Source of the DNA: Candidatus Poribacteria bacterium
Lineage (GTDB): Bacteria > Poribacteria > WGA-4E > WGA-3G
Direction: 5' to 3'
DNA: 64,000 bases
Assembly (NCBI GenBank): GCA_965205025.1
Contig: CBDBFU010000032.1
Location: 32,001 to 96,000, forward strand
Positions 31,447 to 42,883 of this stretch are shown here, piece after piece (position 1 is the first letter of the stretch; every line of letters begins with the position of its first letter). The translations under genes and the position numbers were made by a program. The notes below the pieces were generated by a model, which did no database searches, was not told the origin of the DNA, and worked only from the letters and a program-made list of their open reading frames with translations.

Positions 31447-31598
31447 ACCCAAGTTGCTATGAACGGATTTGATCGTTCCAACACAGTTTTTATTACATTT
31501 TCCTCACCCCAGAGGGGTGATATGTCTATAGAAAAAGGTATATCAATATCCTGCACTCCAGCGGAGTGCTATGTAAGTAAATAGTTGGCAACTTAGGT
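31447..31598. mobile_element. MITE with ACC(C/T)AAGTTGC ends and 8-bp duplication
   Basis: TATAAATA at 31439-31446 and 31599-31606; partial copy at 33368-33530. Confidence 0.65.
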
Positions 31599-31632
31599 TA
31601 TAAATAAAATTATTGGCAAGGAGACATCTATA

Positions 31633-33240
31633 GTGAGAACAATCTGGATTGTTATCATCATAATTGCAGTAGCCGCAGTTATTGCAATGTTCAGATTCTT
31701 AAAACCTGTGAAACCTGAACTTGATGAACTGGCTGATACATCCGTAGCTAAACCGGTAGAAATATCCAAAGCTAAGCGGGGAGAAATTAGGGCTGAACTA
31801 CAATTATCAGGGACGATTGAAGCACAAGCACAAGTAAGTGTTTTCCCAAAAATTGCTGGAAGAATTATTTCACTTTCAGTCACTGAGGGAGAAATGGTTA
31901 CTGCTGGACAATCCCTCGCTGTTGTAGAACATGAAGAATTGAAGTTGGCTGTTCAACAAGCTGAAGCGGTTTTAGATTCAGCAAAAGCTGCATATTCCCA
32001 AACTGAACAACTCGCTGAAGTTCGAGTACTTACACAGGTTTCACAAGCAAGTGCACAACTACAGGCGGCTGAAATATCATTGAATCAGGTTAAAGATCTT
32101 GCAGAAATACGAACTGTGACCCAGATAGACCAAGCTGAGGCTGGATTAAAGTCTCTTGAAGCAAATTTAGAAAAAATTAAATCGGGTGCAAGAGATGAAG
32201 ACCGTAGACAAGCTGAAGCTGGTTTGAACCAAGCAAAATCAAATCTATTAAATGCAGAAAACAACTATGCTCGCATAGAAAATCTATATAAAAATGGGGC
32301 AATTAGTCAGCAATCCTATGAAAATACGAAAACACAATTAGACATTGTATCAGCACAACATAAGATCGCTACAGAACAGCTTCAACTCATTACAACAGGC
32401 GCGCGTGAAGAGGATATCACTGCAATGGAAGCACAGGTCGAACAGGCTGTCGCAGCTTTAAAACTTGCACAAACACAAGCAGAAACAAAAACATGGCAAA
32501 AGGACATCGCACTCGCACAATCACAAGTTGAATCCGCACAAGCAGGATTGACTTCCGCACAATCCTTAGTTAAAGCAAGAAGTTGGAATGCAGAAATTAC
32601 ATCTGCCAAAACATCCCTCACACAAGCAGAGATTGCTCTCAAACTTGCGATAAAGAAACTTAAAGACGCAACCATAGAAGCACCAATATCAGGGATTATC
32701 TCACAACGTTTCTTAGATTTAGGGGGAATGGCAGCACCTACTGCCCCCTTATTTGAAATCGTAGATGTTGGCACAGTGAAGGCTACTGTAGATTTGATTG
32801 AATCACAACTTAGTCGTATTAAATTAGAACAACAAGCGGAAATTAAAATTGATGGTATTAACACACCAATTACCGGGGCAATTTCATACATCAGTCCTAC
32901 TTTACAACCTGTTAGACGAACTGCTACAGTAGAATTTTCTATTCAAAACACTGAAGGAATTCTGAAACCAGGTATGTTTGCAAAAGTCACATTACCTGTT
33001 GAAATACGTCCCGATGCTGTTCTTATCCCACGTGTATCACTCATTGAAGATACAGTAACAAAAAAACGAAATGTCTTCATCGTAGAAGCAGGTGTCTCAA
33101 AACAACTTCCAGTCGAAATTGGGCTCACAAGTGGTGGAGAGGTAGAAATTCGTAAAGGCTTAAATGGTGGTGAATCTGTTATTGTTGCTGGACAACATTC
33201 CCTAAAAGTTGGGGAAAATGTTACTGTGGTAAACCCATAG
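31633..33240 (+). CDS. Efflux periplasmic adaptor (MFP) with extended coiled coil
   Basis: V.EG..V..GQ.L, IEAPISGII, LKPGMFA motifs. Confidence 0.9.
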   Translation: MRTIWIVIIIIAVAAVIAMFRFLKPVKPELDELADTSVAKPVEISKAKRGEIRAELQLSGTIEAQAQVSVFPKIAGRIISLSVTEGEMVTAGQSLAVVEHEELKLAVQQAEAVLDSAKAAYSQTEQLAEVRVLTQVSQASAQLQAAEISLNQVKDLAEIRTVTQIDQAEAGLKSLEANLEKIKSGARDEDRRQAEAGLNQAKSNLLNAENNYARIENLYKNGAISQQSYENTKTQLDIVSAQHKIATEQLQLITTGAREEDITAMEAQVEQAVAALKLAQTQAETKTWQKDIALAQSQVESAQAGLTSAQSLVKARSWNAEITSAKTSLTQAEIALKLAIKKLKDATIEAPISGIISQRFLDLGGMAAPTAPLFEIVDVGTVKATVDLIESQLSRIKLEQQAEIKIDGINTPITGAISYISPTLQPVRRTATVEFSIQNTEGILKPGMFAKVTLPVEIRPDAVLIPRVSLIEDTVTKKRNVFIVEAGVSKQLPVEIGLTSGGEVEIRKGLNGGESVIVAGQHSLKVGENVTVVNP

Positions 33241-33269
33241 AGGATATATGCGATAATCCTTATTTCATA

Positions 33270-33355
33270 CATTCTGTAGGAGGGAACTCCGATTCCCGAC
33301 TATATTGGACTTACGAATCGTTGATCCATTCTGTAGGAGGGAACTCCGATTCCCG
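33270..33355. repeat. GTAG-REP doublet CATTCTGTAGGAGGGAACTCCGATTCCCG
   Basis: Two identical 29-bp copies. Confidence 0.8.
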
Positions 33356-33431
33356 TATATATATATAACCTAAGTTGCTACTAACGGATTTTGATCGTTT
33401 CAACACAGTTTTCAAACACTTTCCTCACCCC

Positions 33432-33466
33432 GGTGAATGACCTAATGTCATTCATACCGTTGATTC
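33432..33466 (+). mobile_element. 35-bp mini-element in CACCCC/GGGGTG hairpin loop
   Basis: Empty site at ~31505-31519. Confidence 0.7.
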
Positions 33467-33549
33467 GAGGGGTGATATGTCTATAGAAAAAGGTATATCA
33501 ACATCCTGCACTCCAGCGGAGTGCTATGTAGCATAACATACCGTAAAAT

Positions 33550-35016
33550 ATGAAAGTGGAACAACTGCATGGACCTGCAGTAAAACCGTCTCAAGTTGTT
33601 GAACTGGAATATCTTATACAATGCGATTCCCCTGAAATTTTTGGAATACATGGATTACAGAAAGAGGGGAGTATCATAGTAACACGAGCACCCGCGCGAC
33701 TTGACATTATGGGCGGGATAGCAGATTATTCTGGGTCAAATGTCTTTGAGATGACATTAAACCGAGCAGCTGTCGTCGCTTGTCAATCAAGAGAGGATAA
33801 TAATCTAAGAGCATTAACAATTCAACAAGTAGGTCTATTAAGACCATATTTTCAAATTACACTTGATGATTTTTACACTGATGGTTCATTGAAATCTTAT
33901 TCTGAAATTCGTAGTTTATTTAATGATGATCCTAAAACATCTTGGAGCGGGTACATACTTGGTTGCTTCTTCACTTTACTTAAAGAAAATAAAATTCAGA
34001 ATTTTCCACATGGCGCTGCTATTGCAATCAAAAGTGATATCCCAATGGGAGCAGGAATAGCATCTTCAGCAGCAATTGAAGTTGCAACCTTATGTGCTAT
34101 AAATCACCTTTACAATCTAAAATTAGAGGGAATTGAGATAGCCAGACTCGCTCAAATTGTCGAAAATAGAATTGTAGGTGCACCTTGTGGAATAATGGAT
34201 CAATTGACATCTGCTATTGGAACTCAAGGGAAGATTCTATCTATTCTTTGTCAACCTGATAAGATACTCGAATCCATAGAAATACCACATCAAGTTAGTT
34301 TTATAGGTATTCATACAAAAGTTCCTCGTAGTACAAAAAGTTCTGCCTATATTGACACACGAACAGCAGCCTTCATGGGATTACGTATTTTAAAAGAAAA
34401 ACTTAACTGGGATAAATTAGATGATAATTATCTATGTCATATAACTGTTCAAGAATTTCAGCAACACTGTTTGCCATTATTACCTAATGAAATGAAGGGG
34501 GTTGATTTTCTGGAGAAATATAACGGGACAGACGATAAGGTAACAGAAGTAGACCCTGATAAGGTTTATGCAGTTAAGGACAGGGTTAAACACCCGGTAT
34601 ATGAAAATGAACGTGTTAAACAATTTATCCATGCCATAAAAAATACTATAAAATATCCCAATAATGCCACGGAGTATTTATCAGAAGCTGGAACATTAAT
34701 GTATGAATCAAATGATAGTTATCGTGATTTAGCTGGACTGGGTTCACAGGAAATTGATGGACTTGTAAACATTGCAAGAAAAATTGGTGAAGATGCAGGA
34801 ATATATGGAGCAAAAATTACTGGTGGAGGCGGTGGTGGCACTGTTGCTATATTATGCTATGGAGATGTATCTATGGCATTGACACAGATCATCTCTGCGT
34901 ATAAATTGGCATGGGGAATCGAAACAGAAATCTTTGCCGGATCTACATACGGAGCATGTGAATTTGGACATATATTATGGGAGTTAAAAGAAAGTGAACC
35001 ACCAACTCATTTCTAA
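33550..35016 (+). CDS. GHMP sugar kinase (galactokinase / L-arabinokinase-like)
   Basis: RAPARLDIMGGIADYSG, GAGIASSAA, CGIMDQ, GAKITGGGGGG. Confidence 0.88.
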   Translation: MKVEQLHGPAVKPSQVVELEYLIQCDSPEIFGIHGLQKEGSIIVTRAPARLDIMGGIADYSGSNVFEMTLNRAAVVACQSREDNNLRALTIQQVGLLRPYFQITLDDFYTDGSLKSYSEIRSLFNDDPKTSWSGYILGCFFTLLKENKIQNFPHGAAIAIKSDIPMGAGIASSAAIEVATLCAINHLYNLKLEGIEIARLAQIVENRIVGAPCGIMDQLTSAIGTQGKILSILCQPDKILESIEIPHQVSFIGIHTKVPRSTKSSAYIDTRTAAFMGLRILKEKLNWDKLDDNYLCHITVQEFQQHCLPLLPNEMKGVDFLEKYNGTDDKVTEVDPDKVYAVKDRVKHPVYENERVKQFIHAIKNTIKYPNNATEYLSEAGTLMYESNDSYRDLAGLGSQEIDGLVNIARKIGEDAGIYGAKITGGGGGGTVAILCYGDVSMALTQIISAYKLAWGIETEIFAGSTYGACEFGHILWELKESEPPTHF

Positions 35017-35131
35017 CATGTTTTACACACTACCCTGGTGCCTCTGGTCTCTAATACCATATTCAATTGATACTCTTACATTATGATTTAAGTGAAACAA
35101 AAACAATCATATACAGATTTATTAGTCCCGT

Positions 35132-35248
35132 ATGAAGTTAAAAAAATAAAATAGGTAATTTGGACCCAGAGCTGGTAGGTGCGGTTTCCTAACCGCACCG
35201 GATTCTACAAGAAACTGGAAATTACCCGAATAAATTCTTTAACTTCAT
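35132..35248. mobile_element. MITE-A inserted in GTCCCGTAGGGA hairpin loop
   Basis: TIR ATGAAGTTAA; flanked T/T; nearly identical to 60540-60656. Confidence 0.85.
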
Positions 35249-35313
35249 TAGGGAGGAAAGGTCTATAGAAAAAGGTATATCAACATCCTGCACTCCAGCG
35301 GAGTGCTATGTAA

Positions 35314-35427
35314 TACCATTTCTATTTAAATAGTTCACATTATGAATACTCTTAGTAGTCCCCCTGATAAGGGGGATTTAGGGGGTCTCTTTAAGTTAAT
35401 AATGGGCGATAATTATTTAGAATGGTA
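35314..35427. mobile_element. MITE-B with TACCATT ends and TAA duplication
   Basis: Empty site GCTATG-TAA-GTAAATAG at ~31568-31584. Confidence 0.75.
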
Positions 35428-35539
35428 TAAGTAGATAGGTGGCAACTTCAGTTAAATTAAGAGCAGCTATACAGAAGTACATCAGGATATCATAACAAAA
35501 GCATCCATGATGAACATAAAAAATTCAATTCAACTATAG

Positions 35540-37513
35540 ATGGAATCCTCAGTAGATAATTTTACACAACAAAATAGAATAAGAGATTTTGGCGTCACAT
35601 GGCGTGCCATAGTAATCGCTATCTTCCTAATTCCACCAAATGTGTTTTGGGTAATTGAAGTAGAGTGTGTTTGGCATTCAGGACATCCTACCACGATTTC
35701 TCTGTTTTGGAACGTTGTCCTGAATATATTTTTCCTTATCCTCATCAATCTTTTCATAAAGAAAGTAGCCCCAAACTCCGCATTAAAACAGGGAGAGTTG
35801 ATTACTATTTATGCCATGCTATCAATCGCATCTGGTTTAGCCGGACACGATATGTTAGCACTAACTATCCCTGCCCTCCCACATGCATTTTGGTTTGCAA
35901 CCATAGAAAATGACTGGGCGGATACTTTTCATGCATACATTCCACAACATCTTGTCGTTTCCGATAAAGAGATTATTCGAGGCTTCTATGAGGGAGATAC
36001 ACCCTTTTATAACCTACAAGTAGGTGGGGCATGGATCATGCCAACCTTATGGTGGACATCCTTTATTTTGGCTTTGGGTGTAATCATGATCTGTATCAAT
36101 GTGCTTGTTCGAAAACAGTGGACTGAACATGAAAAACTGGCATATCCTATCATCCAACTCCCTATGGCAATTACTGAAGGAGGTGGCAGAGCACAACTCT
36201 TTAAGAATCGGATCTTGTGGTACGGTTTTATCATTGCAGCAGTCGTGAATATATGGCACGGATTAGCACACTTCTTTCCAATATTACCAGACTTTAGTGT
36301 CCGGCATAATTCCCGAAATTGGGGAGCATTCTTCACAGAAAAACCGTGGAATGCTGTTGGAAATATACCTGTTCCACTCTACCCTTTTGTCATCGGGTTA
36401 GGATTCTTATTACCACTTGATCTCTCATTCTCATTATGGTTCTTTTATCTGTTTGAAAAGATACAACGGGTTATGGGGAGTGCTCTTGGAATACCTGCTC
36501 CCTTCCCATATAGTAGCGAACAATCCATTGGTGGATGGATGGCTATCTTTCTCATTGCATTAATCGTCACACGCAAACATATTATGAATGTCATACGGAC
36601 GATCTTCGGGATGAAGGGCGGAATTGACGATTCCGATGAACCAATTCGGTACAGAACAGCATTCTTGTTAATTGCCATTGCCAGCCTATACATAATATGG
36701 TTCTGCATAAAAGCGGGGATGACATTACCCATAATCCTTCCGTTTTTCGGTTTCTTCTATGCAATTTCTATCGCTATAACCCGTGTCAGGGCAGAACTGG
36801 GTCCACCGGCTCATGAAATGGCTGGTATGTGTAACGCTCAACAATTCTTAGTTAATATACTGGGTACACGCCGTATCGGTCCTAACAATCTTACTGTATT
36901 CCCATATTTTTGGTTCTTTAGTGGTAGAGGATACCGTGAACATATAATGCCACATCAACTTGAGGCATTTAAGATGGCTGAGCGAGCAAATATGAATACA
37001 AAGAGATTGGTATTTGCTATGATTATTGCCGTCGTTCTCGGTTCACTTTCCGCTTTTTGGGCAACTCTATCTGAACTCTATCGTCTTGGTGGCGCGGTAA
37101 CGGGGGCAGGGGGTGGAATCGGACCCTCAGTTGGACATATCGGTCAATTTGGTTGGTTAGCAGGATTATTTGCTTTCCCACGAGACCCAAATGTACCGGC
37201 TATGAGTTTTATGGCTGGAGGAATGGGAGTTACATTCCTCCTAATGTTTATGAGAATGCGCTTTATTTGGTGGCCCCTACACCCAGCCGGATACCCTATA
37301 TCAATGACATTTGGGGTAGGATATTTTTGGAGTTGTTTGGTAATTAGTACTTTTCTTAAATGGATGGCGTTAAGATTTGGTGGTCCTACAACATATCGAA
37401 AGATGGTATTCTTCTTCTTTGGTGTAATTCTGGGAGAATATTGTGTAGGAGCATTCTGGAGTGTCTTAAGTGTTATTATACGCGAACCTATATACGATTT
37501 TGCACCGGGGTAA
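35540..37513 (+). CDS. Polytopic membrane protein (OPT-like / DUF6785-type putative transporter)
   Basis: Many TMs; RKQW.EHEKL.YPI, RVRAELG, WWPLHPAGY motifs. Confidence 0.7.
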   Translation: MESSVDNFTQQNRIRDFGVTWRAIVIAIFLIPPNVFWVIEVECVWHSGHPTTISLFWNVVLNIFFLILINLFIKKVAPNSALKQGELITIYAMLSIASGLAGHDMLALTIPALPHAFWFATIENDWADTFHAYIPQHLVVSDKEIIRGFYEGDTPFYNLQVGGAWIMPTLWWTSFILALGVIMICINVLVRKQWTEHEKLAYPIIQLPMAITEGGGRAQLFKNRILWYGFIIAAVVNIWHGLAHFFPILPDFSVRHNSRNWGAFFTEKPWNAVGNIPVPLYPFVIGLGFLLPLDLSFSLWFFYLFEKIQRVMGSALGIPAPFPYSSEQSIGGWMAIFLIALIVTRKHIMNVIRTIFGMKGGIDDSDEPIRYRTAFLLIAIASLYIIWFCIKAGMTLPIILPFFGFFYAISIAITRVRAELGPPAHEMAGMCNAQQFLVNILGTRRIGPNNLTVFPYFWFFSGRGYREHIMPHQLEAFKMAERANMNTKRLVFAMIIAVVLGSLSAFWATLSELYRLGGAVTGAGGGIGPSVGHIGQFGWLAGLFAFPRDPNVPAMSFMAGGMGVTFLLMFMRMRFIWWPLHPAGYPISMTFGVGYFWSCLVISTFLKWMALRFGGPTTYRKMVFFFFGVILGEYCVGAFWSVLSVIIREPIYDFAPG

Positions 37514-37519
37514 AACAAA

Positions 37520-38578
37520 ATGAAATTGACTTACTTCTTTCTATCTATATTGATGATTAGTTTAATCCTATCACATACAACTTTTGCTGCGGATGAAGGA
37601 GCACATGCAGCAGAATTCCTCAGCCACGGTGTCGGGGCAAGAGCACTCGGTATGGGAAGTGCATTTGTTGCTATCGCAGATGATTCCACCGCAACATACT
37701 GGAATCCTGCTGGACTGACAGATGTCGAAAACCACAGTTTTTCAGCTATGTATTCCGATACATTTGGATCCAGTGATGGCAGTTTTATTACAAATGGTCT
37801 CGTCAATTATAACTTTGTAAACTACGTTCACCAAATTGAAGATATAGGGAGTCTCGGCATTAGTTGGATTCGACTCGGTGTCGATGATATTCCACGGACA
37901 ACATTTATTGATATCGACAACAACGGAAAACTCGGGGATTATCAGGATATTAATGGAAATGGAGTAAAAGATACAGGTGAGCCTTACATTGATAGACCTA
38001 CAGTTGCAGGATATTTCAGTAATACAGATAACGCTCTTTTGATCTCTTATGCACGCAATATACAATCTGCAATCTCCGTTGGTGGAAGCGTGAAACTTCT
38101 AAAACAATCAATATTCGATTATAGTGGCAGCGGCTTCGGTATCGACTTAGGTTTTATATTTACCCCATATAAAGGACTAAGATTGGGGACAATGTTACTC
38201 GATGCAACTGGAACTCAAATTCGATGGGATACTGCTGACAATCCAATTTTCACACGCGGAAGAAGAATTAGAGTCGGTGGAGCATATCAATTTGCTTTCA
38301 ATCGATTGGGGAACGGATCTATCAGTGCTGATATCGAAACTGACCAAGCTGATTATACTGAAGGTACAGACTCAGGGGGTGGCATTATCTATCGAACTGG
38401 TGCGGAATTTTGGTTGTTTAACACCCTCGCATTACGGACTGGCTGGAACGGACAAGGTCTATCAATAGGATCTGGTTTACAGTTAAGAATCAGTAGTATG
38501 ACCTTCTTTGTAGATTATGCCTTTAATTCACATACCCTCGGCGGGTCACAACGCATCTCAGTCTCTGGACAATTCTAA
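37520..38578 (+). CDS. PorV/PorQ-like (UPF0164) outer membrane beta-barrel
   Basis: GVGARALGMGSAFVAIADD..A.YWNPAGL; terminal Phe. Confidence 0.8.
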   Translation: MKLTYFFLSILMISLILSHTTFAADEGAHAAEFLSHGVGARALGMGSAFVAIADDSTATYWNPAGLTDVENHSFSAMYSDTFGSSDGSFITNGLVNYNFVNYVHQIEDIGSLGISWIRLGVDDIPRTTFIDIDNNGKLGDYQDINGNGVKDTGEPYIDRPTVAGYFSNTDNALLISYARNIQSAISVGGSVKLLKQSIFDYSGSGFGIDLGFIFTPYKGLRLGTMLLDATGTQIRWDTADNPIFTRGRRIRVGGAYQFAFNRLGNGSISADIETDQADYTEGTDSGGGIIYRTGAEFWLFNTLALRTGWNGQGLSIGSGLQLRISSMTFFVDYAFNSHTLGGSQRISVSGQF

Positions 38579-38802
38579 TTGAGTCCCGTAGGGACGGAAT
38601 GTTTATAGAATAACTTGAAAATAAATAACTATTTCCTAATGCCAATAATGTAAACTAATCAATTAGAGTTGGTAATAGTTACATTTCTGTCTGTAATACA
38701 CACATAATTTACTTAAAGAAAATATTTCAATGTTAAGTATTAGAAGCCCCAGCGGGGCGAAATGTTTGTAGAAAACGTACTGAACCACTAAACCTAAGCC
38801 CA

Positions 38803-38836
38803 GGTGAATGCCATAAGGCATTCATACCGTTGATTT
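38803..38836 (+). mobile_element. 34-bp mini-element in AGCCC/GCGGGGCG hairpin loop
   Basis: Empty hairpin AGCCCCAGCGGGGCG just upstream at ~38745. Confidence 0.7.
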
Positions 38837-38976
38837 GCGGGGCGACATGTGTATCGCTCAAACTATCCAAACTATAGTTTAATTATCAAACTCACGTTAA
38901 AAATATATAGAATGGTATCAAATGAAAACAAAAGATGCATTTCTTCCACACTTAAGTTATATGTATATTAATATAT

Positions 38977-39067
38977 GTGATTCACGGAGAATTGGTATAA
39001 TTAAAATTATAAATCCTTATAGAATAAGGGTTCGTAAAATTGCTCCGTGAAGGTTTCCGTGAAAGTG
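38977..39067 (+). repeat. Conserved TCACGGAG/CTCCGTGAA element, copy 2 (core)
   Basis: Matches 3239-3329 (reverse complement) and 60741-60831. Confidence 0.85.
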
Positions 39068-39292
39068 CAATCATCTCACAACAATAAATATTAACACTTT
39101 TTACATTCACAACGCACCCAGGTAGTTAAATTAACTTGACTATTACTGTTAGATTCTATATACTTTTCTATTTAATGATACTATTCATAAATTATTTAGA
39201 AACTAACCGTATTAAGCAGTTAATTATCAATTAAGACAAAGAAACTTTCCTATACAACCTTAACTGAATATTAAGGCAATAAGGAGTAAAGA

Positions 39293-41741
39293 ATGGCTAT
39301 TGAGAGCGCGGGAGCTTATGATGTATCTGTTATCCCACCAGATGTTGCTCGCGAAATTGAAATATATGAAATCAGACTTGGCCGCGCACAAGCAGGTCAA
39401 GGAGAGGAAAAAATCTGGACGGAATTTAGACTTCGTCATGGGGTCTATGGGCAACGTGATGATAGATCACAGATGATACGGGTAAAAATTCCATTCGGTG
39501 GACTTACCGCAGACCAACTTGAAATGTTAGCCGATGTCGCTGAAGAATTTTCCGATAATATCATTCACATTACAACACGACAAGATGTTCAATACCATTA
39601 TGTAGATATCAATCACACACCAGAACTCATGAGACGCCTGGCAAGTGTAGGTATTACAACCAAGGAAGCCTGTGGAAATGTCGTACGAAACGTTACAGCA
39701 TGTCCATTAAGTGGTGTGTGTCATGATGAATCTTTCGATGTCACCCCTTATTCAAAAGCTCTTTCCGCATTTCTATTGGGACATGAGGATGCAAAAGATT
39801 TTGGACGTAAATTCAAAATTGCATTTTCCGGTTGTGAAGAACACCCTTGCGGATTGGCAAATATGCACGACATCGGGGCAGTTGCAGCTGTAAAAGAGGT
39901 TGATGGGGAAGTTAAGAAGGGCTTTAAACTTTATGTTGGTGGTGGTCTTGGCGCTGTCCCACATCAAGCTAAAATCTTTGATGAATTTCTTCCAGCAGAA
40001 GAACTCCTTCCTATTTCTCAATCCATTTGTAGAGTTTTCACAAGATTAGGTGAACGAAAAAATCGGAATAAGGCACGTTTGAAATTTGTCATTGCTAAAT
40101 ACGGTATTGAAGAATTCCGTAAACTTGTCCTCGAAGATAGAGAAACATTAAGATATGACCCCGCTTGGACAGAATACCTTGATAATCTGGATGCCTATGA
40201 TGAAACACCCCTTAAACCACCTACACAACTCAACGGCGCATCAAATCCTGAAGGGTTTGATGAGTGGTATCAATCAAATGTTCGTTTACAACGTCAACCC
40301 GGTTATGCCTATGTAACGATTACACTTCCCCTGGGGGATCTAACTGCAGACCAAACCAGATCTTTAGCTGACATTTCACGTAAGTATGTAAAAGATACAA
40401 TACGTGCTACTGTTGAACAGAACATTGTACTACGATGGGTTACAATGACAGATCTACCCGCACTTTATAAAGAACTAACAGAGGTTGGTTTGGGTGATCC
40501 GGGGGCTGAATCCCTTGTGGATATTACCGCATGTCCCGGGACTGATTCATGTAAACTTGGAGTATCTTCTTCTCGTGGATTGGCTGGCACACCTCCGTGG
40601 ACATTTCATTGAAACTGGACATAAAGAAGATATAAAAGATTTCCGTATTAAGATAAGTGGATGTCCTAATTCCTGCGGACAACACCATATCGCAAATATT
40701 GGTTTCTTCGGTTCATCAAGGCGAATTGGTGAACATATTGCTCCGTACTATCAAGTTCTACTCGGTGGACACATGATTGAGAATGCCAGTTCCTATGGAC
40801 TTGCCACAGGAAAAATACACGGGAAGTATATTCCAGATTTCATTGAAGAATTAACAGGTAAATATTCTGATGAGAAGAATGGAGAAGAAACCTTTACTGA
40901 TTACGTCGCACGTCTCGGTAAAGCCGAAATCAAGCAAATCTTATCAAAGTATGATAAAATTCCTACTTATGAAGAAGCACCTGAATTCTATGTAGACACC
41001 GGTGACACCAAAGATTACCAACTCAAAACAGGTGTCGGTGAGTGTGCAGGAGAAGTCGTCGCACTTGTCTCTATGAAGTTAGATGAAGCCGATCGGTTAA
41101 TATATGAATCCGGTTTAGACTTAGAAAAAGGTGATTATCAAAAATCCGCTGAACTGGCTTTTAGTGCAATGATTAGAGCTGCAGATGGACTGCTAACGAC
41201 GGTTGGATTGCAATATATTGATGATGGAACAACCGTGAATGAATTCCGCACACACTTCTTTGAAGCTGGTAACTTCTTCCCAGGTTATGGGGGCACATAT
41301 ATTCAAGGCAACGGAAGAGGATGCATCTACATTTAACCAAGAATTGTCACACCGTCGTGTTGAGGAAGCCACTCTCTTTGTGGAAGAATCGCATAACGTG
41401 TACAATCGTATGCGGATTAAACAGGAAGAAGAGGAAGCAAGTCGGAAAAAGTCACGAAAATCCCGTACTGCAGCTAAACCGAAAGTCGTTAAAGAAACAA
41501 AGAAGGTTGAAGAAATCACTGACAGCCTTGATCTCAAAGGTGTTGCCTGTCCCTTCAACTATGTTTCAGGCTAAGGTACGGTTAGAGACTATGGATGTCG
41601 GTCAACTATTAGAAATCACCATTGACGATGGTGAACCAATTGAGAATGTACCCGTCAGTCTCTCTAATGACGGTCATGAAAATACTTGATACAAAGAAAA
41701 TTGGAAAACACTATCGTCTGACAATTAAAAAAGGTGAATAG
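39293..41741 (+). CDS. Siroheme nitrite/sulfite reductase with C-terminal TusA/SirA-like domain (split by apparent frameshifts)
   Basis: TTRQD, FSGC, CPGTDSCKLG, GCPNSCG; LDLKGVACP; pieces in four ORFs. Confidence 0.8.
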
Positions 41742-41976
41742 TTCACTTTTGTTGGAGATTTATTCTAAACCAATTTCAAGCGATTACCTACTAATGAAAT
41801 AGATAGGTAATCGCTTTCTTCATGAAAATACGAAATGCTAAAAAGCGTTGGATTTCCAGAATAACAAATTCCTAATGCATGAATTATTCATTCATGTCTT
41901 ATATAGTTTCTCTCCCTTGAAATATATCTATATATAAGATAAACTAATACTTAATACAAAACAAACTGAGGAAATT

Positions 41977-42852
41977 ATGCAAGATAACCAAGATTCAATC
42001 ACTCAGAATAATAATGAAACACCAACACTGAATTTGCAACCGATGCAATTATCAGACATACTTGACGGAATGTTTACGTTGTATAGGAATCATATTCGTC
42101 TCTATATTCATATTGTTGTCGTATTCTTCGCAATATCTTATGTTACAGATAAATTGTTAGTGTTTTCTCTACTAAACTCCGTGTCAGCAGGGAATTTTGG
42201 CGCGGTATTTTTATTATCCACCGTATCCATATTGTTATCCTTATATATCGTTGCGGTCTTGTCTTATGCGACAGCACATGTCTTTTTAGGACAAAACATC
42301 TCCACTGGAAATGCATTTTTACATACTTTGCGTCTATTTGCAAAATACCTTGTATGTGGTATAATCTATTTCTTAGTACTTGGTGGATTATCTATTACTA
42401 TAATCGGTATTCCTTTTGCTATTTATTTCTTTATTCGATGGGGATACTATACACTACCTCTTTTGTTAGAAGAAAAAACGATTATGGGTTCATTAAAACG
42501 GAGTTCGGAATTGGTAAAAGGAACTTGGTTACGAGTATTTGGTATTACGATTCTTATTATTCTTATTGTTCAAATGATTCAGACCATATTTTCTACATCT
42601 ATAGGTATGGTCTTCTCCTTAATTCCTGCAGCTTATGAAATACAGGACGTTAGCATTATTGAAAACTTAAGAAGATTATTCGCTCCATCACCTGTAGATA
42701 TCGGTTGGCCAATTTATTTGATACGAAGCTTTATTACAATGGGAATTCATTCAATCCTATTGCCAATTGCCTCAATCGGTGGAACGTTACTATATTTCGA
42801 CTTACGTATCCGAAAAGATGCGTATGACCTTGAAATGCAGGTTACAAATTAG
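41977..42852 (+). CDS. Membrane protein of MoxR-associated locus
   Basis: Multi-TM; LKRS.ELVKG.W and LYFDLRIRK motifs. Confidence 0.75.
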   Translation: MQDNQDSITQNNNETPTLNLQPMQLSDILDGMFTLYRNHIRLYIHIVVVFFAISYVTDKLLVFSLLNSVSAGNFGAVFLLSTVSILLSLYIVAVLSYATAHVFLGQNISTGNAFLHTLRLFAKYLVCGIIYFLVLGGLSITIIGIPFAIYFFIRWGYYTLPLLLEEKTIMGSLKRSSELVKGTWLRVFGITILIILIVQMIQTIFSTSIGMVFSLIPAAYEIQDVSIIENLRRLFAPSPVDIGWPIYLIRSFITMGIHSILLPIASIGGTLLYFDLRIRKDAYDLEMQVTN

Positions 42853-42883
42853 GAAGTTATCTCACAGGACATTATTACTAAGA

